A stretch of 63,684 bases of DNA from a virus (Duplodnaviria > Caudoviricetes): positions 1 to 63,684 of IMG/VR virus record IMGVR_UViG_3300038315_001014; one strand, 5' to 3'. This document shows, piece by piece, positions 57,401-63,684 of the stretch. Under the pieces are notes generated by a model, which did no database searches, had not been told where the DNA came from, and saw nothing but the letters and a program-made list of their open reading frames with translations. Position numbers and translations under genes: made by a program. The number at the start of each line of letters is the position of its first letter. Within the stretch, counting starts at the first letter, position 1.

Positions 57401-58907
57401 GGTCTTCTGATACTTCCTCAGCTACCTCCTCAACAGCAGCCTCACTTTCAAGAGAACCTAGACGTTTGCGCTTACGGTTCCTACCAAGCCCTGGAAGTCC
57501 TATTTGTTGTTCTGGCTGTGGCTGCAACGGTGCTCGTTCTTTTGGTTCAGTAACAGGTGCAGAAGCTGCCGCTCTAGCTTCCTTTGCTTTTTGTCTAAGT
57601 TTTTCTTGTGCAGTTGCTCTAACTTTTTCACTTGTTGTGTTTCTTAGTAGCCATTTAAGTGCACTGATCTTTTTAGTTTCTGCTTCCTCTTTTGTTCTTT
57701 TTTTCTTCGCTTCTTTTGCGGCTGCTTTTTGTCGTTTTTCTTCCGCAGCTTCTTGCCCAGCTATAGATCGTTTACGTTGTTCTTCTTTTTCTGCAAGTTG
57801 CTGATCTTCTTCTATCTGCATTTGCCGTAATTCTTCTTCGTCTAGCATATACTCAGCAGCTTCAAGCTCTTGTGCCTGACGGGTTTCTTGCACTATATCT
57901 TGCCGTAATTCTTCTTCGTCTAGCATATACTCAGCAGCTTCATCTCGCTCATCCTCTCGTCTTTTTACATCTTGTGCTGCTACAACTCTATCGACTTTAG
58001 CTTTTTTCCTTCGCTCCCCTTCTGTTGCCCGCTCTTCTTTAAGTGTAGCGTAACGTCTTGCACGTGTTCGCCTAGTGATAACTTCCATAACTGCCTGTAC
58101 AAAACCACCAACACCCCCACCATAACCAACAGCTTCCCCCCAACCTTCATAAGTTTCTTGGTCTGGGTTGTACCCTTGCTCAATGGAGTTCTGTAACACT
58201 GCAGCAACAAATTCTTGCGCTCCTTCTGCCCCCGCCTGGGTAAGGATACGCGCCCCAGTACTAACAACCTCCCTTGCCTTAGTTTTGCCAAACATCTTAA
58301 GCCAAGCAGCGGGTAACAACTTAAGTGATCCAACTGGGATTATTTCTGTTAGTCCAACCGCCGCACCTTTTAGTGCCGCTAAACCACGTTCCTCTTCTGA
58401 AGCCCCTTCTTCTCTTGCACGTTCACTCGCTTCACCTGCACCAGCACCTACACCTAACGCAGCAGAACCAAGTATGCCCGCTATCCCCGCACCAGGAATA
58501 AGGGCAGGAGCGGCCACACCAAGAAAGGAACCAAGTGCTTCAGAGAACTTTCTAGGAACCATCCAACGTAGCCCACGATCAGCAGCTAAATACTCCTGCA
58601 TAGGTTCAAAAGCTCCCATAATACCTTCCCGCACAGGAGCTTCGTACTTTTCTGATAGCATAGTGGCACCACCAAGCAACCCAGACTCGATCCTGCTCGC
58701 AGCACCAGAGGCGATACCTTTAGGGACTTCCTGTAAATAATCTAAAACAGAGGGGTCGGGATGGAGTAACTCAGAGAGTTTTTGAAATTCTTGTATCCTA
58801 TGCTGGCGATTAGCAAGTCTAACTAATTCTTTTTTCGACGCATTAGCAGGAGCTTCTACCTTTATAGAAGCCCCCGACCTACGATCTGTTACGGTATGTA
58901 TAGGCAT
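51402..58907 (-). CDS. Giant internal virion/ejection protein (polyvalent type) with zincin metallopeptidase and PLxRFG-like regions
   Basis: 2501 aa; Gly/Ala membrane-like N-terminus, K/E/A coiled coils, GLFDP...LMHETMH...HEFVTE and YLPLARKGDY. Confidence 0.75.
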   Translation of the reverse strand: MPIHTVTDRRSGASIKVEAPANASKKELVRLANRQHRIQEFQKLSELLHPDPSVLDYLQEVPKGIASGAASRIESGLLGGATMLSEKYEAPVREGIMGAFEPMQEYLAADRGLRWMVPRKFSEALGSFLGVAAPALIPGAGIAGILGSAALGVGAGAGEASERAREEGASEEERGLAALKGAAVGLTEIIPVGSLKLLPAAWLKMFGKTKAREVVSTGARILTQAGAEGAQEFVAAVLQNSIEQGYNPDQETYEGWGEAVGYGGGVGGFVQAVMEVITRRTRARRYATLKEERATEGERRKKAKVDRVVAAQDVKRREDERDEAAEYMLDEEELRQDIVQETRQAQELEAAEYMLDEEELRQMQIEEDQQLAEKEEQRKRSIAGQEAAEEKRQKAAAKEAKKKRTKEEAETKKISALKWLLRNTTSEKVRATAQEKLRQKAKEARAAASAPVTEPKERAPLQPQPEQQIGLPGLGRNRKRKRLGSLESEAAVEEVAEEVSEDQLELDFSKKEAQKTPPEVSDAFIADEKILTGKQEIAAPTLDEIEEAQSDLEAEGEIEFKGVNYRITDGEAVEGHDADGELVGEGANIAEILSGIEVVEAPAVGGAVRKKKDPELDSYTATSDKKLTKMSHKAQFHYENQNGLLAELDRAEAAIPAEDLMNYLDTHISRGQKFREDLSEKLYNLVSVGSSKVRAYPTEGSNSVVLQKTLGQLRASIEHAKAAKRKVEVSETRSDYTSLQNKIESRTRVGALTKANELKKELAEKINATPKENFPRVLEWLTGMDGTIEQVRALVDGGGVEVIDRGIKPKVEVKPKPKVTSVVAGEVQTALLRAPGMKGAQEYAYDLAEWGVTPANFDEHVNYSRTKQKKYRENVKKFLAEAVKEKARRAGVRAANRAQEAERSRTATTVAPEQVATTAEQEAARKKFAALKNNELVSAVEGVTGDTALDALVREVNARAEAKDRRISHAEIDAFIQAMWGTKHAGGVAKKIMDMLRKTKGLVFAVENKKIDLPLGDKVKILALLNTKEKTLLTNKTKKGYRSETSTNASSAQVVFSKLPRLIDNISLLGYHSIFKVANELNQGNPAEVQAFYKGLKQEQLKQARKWIKENLSAEARIILKTKIELAKSTVGTIEGGALSRQKAETKARAKARRAATAEAKAEAEAKAEAKKAKAEAKKAKAETKGTALAKKQLKKADVRAKRGAQEEAAPAEEQEAELEKIFVGDKVEVGIKETTVQDVQSELGIGETTVEDISDNVQLNLTLSEVSALDHPLHPLTTQYVHNGDLGSALTNIAHTSMSGRLRTLAKKLAATLTDTKLEVVDKLINERGEHVAGLFDPKTNTIQLDAEFGVNTHVLMHETMHAFTSHDLATGESREAKQLTALYEAVKDNLGTYYGSQSVHEFVTEASSNIEFRQALASITLSKGPVRNALEWFSRIVMNGMRRLVGRPPKTKPTVLDRVDDLTNAMLSPAPQYRDAGQLYAAATTVELYDAYYEGRKRFTKALDKGGRLLTEKIRLATTFRKLSTLAKKGFFATAGVRNDAKFAEDAKLKDPNRGEELIHFMNAAIRSGHDSVSGSIVKNNEWLRKRSAAQIETLIEVGNKGTLAEVDVTKPASAYEGAKLKIHGELTKELAKAGPGAKKTLKHIIDAYEIIYDDMKNVVFKRIDFVMGDDVEGAKEVKNRVMSMLFKNKIDGYLPLARKGDYRVTFDFNGELAVEHLQSPEARETFIQNVIRPELREKYSAIEITRKLEDKGNKATTRDEALDLLGAVHRSIVNKSVVYRDAPTASFINQIFTRMNNAAPDVDPEKDKTAKTARAMVKADIMEIFIDLLPEASFVKGLQKRKNILGFEENLFEVFEERAHSMRFQVEQLKYAEELYKVADVKKGELKEALEKNDTKNVELIEQMISEAHFAASPPKDQLATIATRIAFLWTIGFNPSSAMVNLTQLALIVYPALAARYGHVEAIKMIHKANKVFANSGWGTEIKLAADYGDESTVFSKAALNIGNYVVVNKKGEQELREEVFTKSTLIGEKELRELGETTTEILTEYKLLILIDAAAKRAMLGQSAAFESMDLGEAGKREGWSSKISKWSAFMFHHFEKYTRQITMMSAYMLEIDKRRTVKEVRNGVEYVTKKELTKAEYEEIALEALQKTEEYNGGTNRNLVASAARKGALRVALMYKPFGATMYHYLLRTAKTAIKQQIAGEKNRHEATKQFLGVLGSTLILSGVQGLPFFAIVSALANLMFLEDDEEDFETIVRLHMGEPLYKGVINYGSGADVAQRVGLSGLLYRTNPFTENLTLGDQLARYATGPFGSVVSEINRGREDLLEANTPREVERALETMAPTALRNVMKAFRYIHDGAPLTRRGDIIVDGLDANDMFWQGMGFSPAQYTFQQEKNRSKKKVSTAISTMRERLTKRLYVAYRFMDYAEFQEILDEIVEFNERHLSRIGGELIPLSTIIRSMKRHHKTSSQMEGGVQFSPLMRYASEQADATWGAFDD

Positions 58908-58908
58908 A

Positions 58909-60831
58909 CTAGTCTAAAGAGACAGTCGAAGTGGCATCCTTATATGCATCCCCAGCACCAGCTTTTTCTGGGCTAATATTTGTTATCTGCGTTACATACT
59001 GTTCTATCACACTAATGAGATCAAAAGTAGGTTTGTATTTTTCTCTCATATCCCTATCTACGTCAGCTTTAGCAGCTGCGTATGCAGCTGGGTCGAAGTC
59101 TGAAGTGCCTATATCCTTATAAAGCTCTCCTACTAACCTAACTTTCTCGTTATGTATATTCGATTGTTCAGCTATCATTATATCGTTCAGTAATTTAATT
59201 GCTCCCTCGTACACTCTAAGAGCATCGTTCCTACTACTTGCTTTTTTCGCTAGTACTTCGAGTCTATGCTGCGTGTCAATTAACTTTTGTTGTGTAGCGT
59301 TGTTAACCCCAGCGATTGTAAGTTGGTTCTTCATATTTTCAATAGCTATATCAGCTTGTGAGTTTATCTGCGCTAAATTCACATCAACAGTTCTACCTCT
59401 CATAATGTAATTGGCAAGCTCCCCCGCAGCTTGGTCTGAAGAAGTAGCAATTCTGTCCGCCTCAGCTTCCCCCGCAGCTAATGCCTCTTTCCCCATTTTA
59501 AACCCTGTATCTATACCCGTTTTTTGTAAGCTATGTAACTTAGTAAGCAACGTTTCTTCTTCGCCTTCCTGACGAATTCTCTCAGCATCCATACCTCCAC
59601 TACCTGCACTCATAATCCCACCAATACCACCAAATGGATTAGCTGCTCCATAGCGACCTCCTGCCTGCGCAAAAGCCCTAAGCTGTTCACGTTTACGTTT
59701 TCTTGGGTCGGTAATACGGTTCAAGCGGTCCCTAAGTTCGCTAGCCATATCTTCATGCGCAACTCTGCTTGCCTCACGCCTAAGATATGTATCTGTCTCA
59801 TCTCTATACTGTTGGTTAGCCTGACGCCTAGCCTTTTGTGTACTTATCATCCCCTTTAACAAATCAACAATACCAGTATCATCAGGAGAAATACTTCTAT
59901 CCGGTAACTTCGAAGGAGTGTACCTAATTATTTCCGGTCCAAGAGGAGGAGGCACTTCTTGTTCAACCTCAGCAGGGGGGCTTCTCGTTATTGGAGGCCG
60001 CATTCTTGCCCCCTGAAGTTGTGGTGCGCTTTCTGCAACTGCAGCGGCGGCGGTAGGAACAGCTGCAGAGGAGAGCGTAGGAGTAGGAGTAGGAGTAGGA
60101 GTAGGAGTAGGAGTAGGAGTAGGAAGCGTTATTCCCCGCAATCTACCCATTGACGGATCTACTTTGCCTGTGTACCCAAAAGAATCCCCTTCTACTTTTG
60201 TCCAATCAGGCGCAGTAAGTCTATTTATAGCAGCTTTTCGTATCCACTCTTCAGGTAGCATTCCCCCTCTCCTTCCCTTTAGCTCGATACGTACTTTCTC
60301 CATCTCTGCCTTAATTTGTTCGTCTGTAAGGTTAGATTCAACGAGACTTCCTTCTCTCCCGTTGAAAGCAACAATACCCCCATTAGAAAACTTCGCCATG
60401 TTAGGTGCTGGGTTAGCAGCGATACCACCCATACGCGGGTTAGGGGGAGCGCCTATACCCCCCATACCGCCTCCAGACTTATTCATCTGCGCCATAAGCT
60501 TTTGTAAATTTTGCTGATCTTGACGCTGCTTCTGCGCAATAACCCCACCCGTTTGCTGAACTACTTCATTCTTAGTCAGCTGCATAAGTTCGTCTTCATC
60601 TTTTTGCGCAACAGACCTGGGATCTCGCTCCAGCTGCAAGTTCATTTGGTTGGCTTCATTTTTCTTCTGCTCAAGCAACTTTCGTGCTGCCAAAGCTTCG
60701 ATTGTTATTTCTGGTAAGCCACGCTGGAGCTGCTGCCGTTCATGCTGCTGTTGTCGCTGAAGTAGCTGCGGAAAACTTCTGTATAGACGTAAGCTATCAG
60801 CTAGTTTCTGATCAAGTGATCGCATTGCCAT
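58909..60831 (-). CDS. Internal virion/ejection protein
   Basis: Q/A/G-rich and helical; PT repeat encoded by a GTAGGA hexamer run at about 60078-60124. Confidence 0.65.
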   Translation of the reverse strand: MAMRSLDQKLADSLRLYRSFPQLLQRQQQHERQQLQRGLPEITIEALAARKLLEQKKNEANQMNLQLERDPRSVAQKDEDELMQLTKNEVVQQTGGVIAQKQRQDQQNLQKLMAQMNKSGGGMGGIGAPPNPRMGGIAANPAPNMAKFSNGGIVAFNGREGSLVESNLTDEQIKAEMEKVRIELKGRRGGMLPEEWIRKAAINRLTAPDWTKVEGDSFGYTGKVDPSMGRLRGITLPTPTPTPTPTPTPTPTLSSAAVPTAAAAVAESAPQLQGARMRPPITRSPPAEVEQEVPPPLGPEIIRYTPSKLPDRSISPDDTGIVDLLKGMISTQKARRQANQQYRDETDTYLRREASRVAHEDMASELRDRLNRITDPRKRKREQLRAFAQAGGRYGAANPFGGIGGIMSAGSGGMDAERIRQEGEEETLLTKLHSLQKTGIDTGFKMGKEALAAGEAEADRIATSSDQAAGELANYIMRGRTVDVNLAQINSQADIAIENMKNQLTIAGVNNATQQKLIDTQHRLEVLAKKASSRNDALRVYEGAIKLLNDIMIAEQSNIHNEKVRLVGELYKDIGTSDFDPAAYAAAKADVDRDMREKYKPTFDLISVIEQYVTQITNISPEKAGAGDAYKDATSTVSLD

Positions 60832-60857
60832 CTCTCTACCCTATATTATACATTTGG

Positions 60858-61063
60858 CGGCACCAGCTTGAGTATTGCCATTACCTAATGACTCACCACA
60901 TCTGCGGGGACTACGAACTCCCCAGGATATCCACATCATATCAAAAGTTGTTTGTTTTGTGCTAGCCGAGCTATCCCCGATTGCCGCGTAGCTTCATCAA
61001 TTTCCTGCCCGCCAGAGGGGTTCAGATTTTGGTCGCTCCAGCTGCAAGATATCCACATCATAT
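60858..61063. repeat. Intergenic mosaic made of copies of four other loci
   Basis: Matches 62090-62157, 61623-61682, the reverse complement of 49096-49119, and 60625-60640. Confidence 0.85.
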
Positions 61064-61983
61064 TAACCGCGAGCTGGATCGTATATCTCCTCTTCTGTTT
61101 TCATTCCAGGTTCTGTGCCTGACATATCAGTAACGCCACCGCCAGGAACTCCACCACTCCCACCAGCATCATTTTCTGCACCACCAAATAGCACATTGAT
61201 TAGATGATCAAGCCCACTTACAGTATGTGACAAATTAGCAAAGTCACTGGGCTGCGCATAATTAGTACTTTGCGCTGCCATAGGAAGATTCTGGAGCAAC
61301 GACTGCATGTATTGAACTTGTTTATATGGGAACAGTCGTTCTTCTTCAAACTGGGCTAAGTTTGCATCTATACCTTGCTGTTCAATATCTCTTTGCCGCT
61401 TACCTAACTCTGCTTGTTTAGAAAGAGCTTGAAGACCATATTGTTGAGCTTGATCAGCTGCATTCATCCCGAGTTGTTGTTCTTTGTTAAACTGACTAGC
61501 CGCTCTATCATATGCAGTGTTATAGCCTTGTCCTGTTATGTTAGCAAGATTGCTCATAAGGTTACGCGTCAACTCAGAATCCATAATCCCTTGCCGCGAG
61601 CCACCAAAAGCGCCTGCCTGTGAAAGTTGTTTGTTTTGTGCTAGCCGAGCTATCCCCGATTGCCGCGTAGCTTCATCAATTTGAGGCTGAAGAGCTTGCA
61701 TTAGATAAGGATTCATATACTGACTAGCTACACCAGGATCAGTAAATGACTGTGGTGTAAATGAACCCATATCATCAGTAGGAATAGTTAATCCTGCTAT
61801 ACCAGAAAAAGCGGATTGCTGTGGTGCTGTAGTACCTGCTACTAACGGTCCTGTATATGCTTGGTACCCTGTATCAGCAAGCGCCTTACCTTTACCAAGC
61901 ATGTCCGTTACATACGGACCTACCCAATTAGATAAAGAAGACTCTGTACCTGTCGTTGCGGGTGGAACGTAAACGTCTGACAT
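61063..61983 (-). CDS. Internal virion / DNA pilot-like protein
   Basis: YQAYTGP, QYMNPY and AGAFGGSRQGI; Q-rich. Confidence 0.7.
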   Translation of the reverse strand: MSDVYVPPATTGTESSLSNWVGPYVTDMLGKGKALADTGYQAYTGPLVAGTTAPQQSAFSGIAGLTIPTDDMGSFTPQSFTDPGVASQYMNPYLMQALQPQIDEATRQSGIARLAQNKQLSQAGAFGGSRQGIMDSELTRNLMSNLANITGQGYNTAYDRAASQFNKEQQLGMNAADQAQQYGLQALSKQAELGKRQRDIEQQGIDANLAQFEEERLFPYKQVQYMQSLLQNLPMAAQSTNYAQPSDFANLSHTVSGLDHLINVLFGGAENDAGGSGGVPGGGVTDMSGTEPGMKTEEEIYDPARG

Positions 61984-61991
61984 TTCTCACC

Positions 61992-62714
61992 TCAAGCCGG
62001 TAGAACTTGTTTAGGGTTAATCTTTTCACTAGGCTCCATTGAGCCTGTTCTTTCTGCACGTATCCTATCCATCATATTATAAAGTACTTCGGCACCAGCT
62101 TGAGTATTGCCATTACCTAAATGACTCACCACATCTGCGGGGACTACGAACTCCCCATCACTCAATACTGCTTTTTGTGGCTTGCTCCCTCCCCGTATTT
62201 TTGCTGGTACTCTATCGGCTAGCCCATCAGTTTTTCCTGATATAAGCCCTACTACGCCCTGTTTACGGGGATTGCGAATACTCTGCGCACGATACGATGG
62301 GCCACCGTGCCTAAGTGCTACAATACCCCCCTGTGCTAACTGAGGAGCTTCTAACTTGGGAGCGTTTAATTGATACTCCGTATCTGTAAAATAACGTCTG
62401 CCCATCGTAGGCGCAACAGAACCAGATGGAGGCATAACAGCAGGTTCAGCAGGACCAGGTAATCTTTCACGTACCGCAGTGTAATCGGGAATACCCCCTT
62501 GGTAGCCCACTTTGTCTATATTAGGGCTTACAAAAGAACTATTTGCTAACGCCCCACTACCAAGTAAAGTAAGTATCCCACTTAAATTATCACTATCCCC
62601 TAACCAATCACCTAGATTTCCAGCAGCGTCACCAAGCCAACTACCTAGATCACTCCAAAATCCCCCACTATTTGAATCATCAATCAAGTTCCCTACCCAA
62701 TCTAAAACACCCAT
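61992..62714 (-). CDS. Internal virion protein
   Basis: GKTDGLADRVPA...LSDGEFVVPADVVSHLGNG..AGA domain. Confidence 0.65.
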   Translation of the reverse strand: MGVLDWVGNLIDDSNSGGFWSDLGSWLGDAAGNLGDWLGDSDNLSGILTLLGSGALANSSFVSPNIDKVGYQGGIPDYTAVRERLPGPAEPAVMPPSGSVAPTMGRRYFTDTEYQLNAPKLEAPQLAQGGIVALRHGGPSYRAQSIRNPRKQGVVGLISGKTDGLADRVPAKIRGGSKPQKAVLSDGEFVVPADVVSHLGNGNTQAGAEVLYNMMDRIRAERTGSMEPSEKINPKQVLPA

Positions 62715-63684
62715 TACCCTATACCTTTTAATATCTGAAGTAGCCTATTTAGATCCCCCGCTTCCCCACTTGCTATTTTGCCATATGGATCTAGAAACAA
62801 ATTTTCCTGCCCTAACGTACCAAATATATCCTGCATCCCCACAAGTGAATCTCCTGTTTCCTCAGTAGAGGAAGTTAAAGGCATAGGTGCTAGTGTAATC
62901 CCATAGGGATCTGTAAACTTACTTTTTTGCTCAGGAGTAGCAAACTCACTAGCCCCAAAACCCATATCATATAAATACTCTAGCTCCCCCCCTGGTGAAG
63001 ATTCAGTAATAACATTCTGTTGTTGGGGAGTCAGCGCTTGTAAAAACTGAAACCACGGTCCTATGTTTGGGCGACCACCTCCGGTTCCAGTTCCAGTCCC
63101 AGTTCCAGTTCCAGTTCCAGTCCCCGTTCCAGTTCCAGTTCCAGTTCCAGTTCCACCAGTTCCAGTTCCACCAGTTCCAGTTCCAGTTCCAGTCCCACCA
63201 GTCCCAGTTCCAGTTCCAGTCCCACCAGTCCCAGTTCCAGTTCCAGTTCCAGTTCCAGTTCCAGTTCCAGTTCCAGTTCCAGTCCCACCAGTTCCAGTTC
63301 CAGTTCCAGTTCCACCAGTTCCAGTTCCACCAGTTCCAGTTCCAGTTCCACCAGTTCCAGTTCCAGTTCCAGTTCCACCAGTTCCAGTTCCACCAGTTCC
63401 AGTTCCAGTTCCAGTCCCACCAGTTCCAGTTCCAGTTCCAGTTCCAGTTCCAGTTCCAGTTCCAGTTCCACCAGTTCCAGTTCCAGTTCCACCAGTTCCA
63501 GTTCCAGTTCCAGTTCCAGCAGCAATTGCATCTAATATGGCTTGCGCTTCCTCTTCAGCAGCAATTGCATCTAATCTGGCTTGCTCTTCAGCATCTAATA
63601 TGGCTTGCGCTACATCTCCAGCTACAATTGCATCTAATCTGGCTTGCTCTTCAGCATCTAATATGGCTTGCGCTTCCTCTTCAG
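62714..63684 (-). CDS. C-terminal part of the origin-spanning gene, including a ~145-residue Gly-Thr tract
   Basis: The frame ...[13 protein letters not shown]...[14 protein letters not shown]...[10 protein letters not shown] is continuous with ORF 62714..62965. Confidence 0.8.
   Translation of the reverse strand, partial: EEEAQAILDAEEQARLDAIVAGDVAQAILDAEEQARLDAIAAEEEAQAILDAIAAGTGTGTGTGGTGTGTGGTGTGTGTGTGTGTGTGGTGTGTGTGGTGTGGTGTGTGTGGTGTGTGGTGTGGTGTGTGTGGTGTGTGTGTGTGTGTGTGTGGTGTGTGTGGTGTGTGTGGTGTGGTGTGTGTGTGTGTGTGTGTGTGTGGGRPNIGPWFQFLQALTPQQQNVITESSPGGELEYLYDMGFGASEFATPEQKSKFTDPYGITLAPMPLTSSTEETGDSLVGMQDIFGTLGQENLFLDPYGKIASGEAGDLNRLLQILKGIG
63083..63520. repeat. CCAGTT hexamer microsatellite (GGAACT on the coding strand)
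   Basis: About 440 bp with in-frame variants. Confidence 0.95.

Noticed and set aside
51673-60717. Numerous plus-strand ORFs opposite the large late genes (likewise 7-22 kb)
   Set aside because: They are S/F/L-rich shadow ORFs without RBS or motifs.
63061-63531. Poly-(LE) ORF and the plus-strand ORFs at 15-465
   Set aside because: These are alternative-frame or antisense readings of the repeats in the origin-spanning gene.

Overview
This window looks like an essentially complete ~63.7 kb tailed-phage genome with podovirus-like gene content (portal, nozzle, ejection proteins, no tape measure or sheath). It is cut inside a tandem repeat of one minus-strand gene that runs off position 1 and resumes at 63684. 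A minus-strand late/structural arm occupies about 51.4-63.7 kb and 1-22.9 kb. A plus-strand early/replication arm occupies about 23-51.3 kb and carries an HD hydrolase, a MoxR-like AAA+ ATPase with a vWA-metallopeptidase, PolA, a Cas4-like nuclease, a SNF2 helicase, a primase-helicase and tRNA genes. No integrase, cas1/cas2 or classical CRISPR array was seen. The most striking feature is at 43358-44847. A non-coding array of 67 GGY-NN pentamers is split by a 4-nt GGCA punctuation into six units of 10-13 pentamers. It sits directly upstream of a lone Cas7/RAMP-like gene and a translationally coupled partner gene. This looks like a minimal RNA-guided system whose guide information lies in spaced dinucleotides. 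Other notable items are 13 copies of an 18-bp palindrome confined to the early region, many short exact copies of distant genes pasted elsewhere, an iteron-like region, a fused Leu/opal-like tRNA locus and a probable homopolymer frameshift. All protein calls come from motif recognition by eye; no database searches were run.
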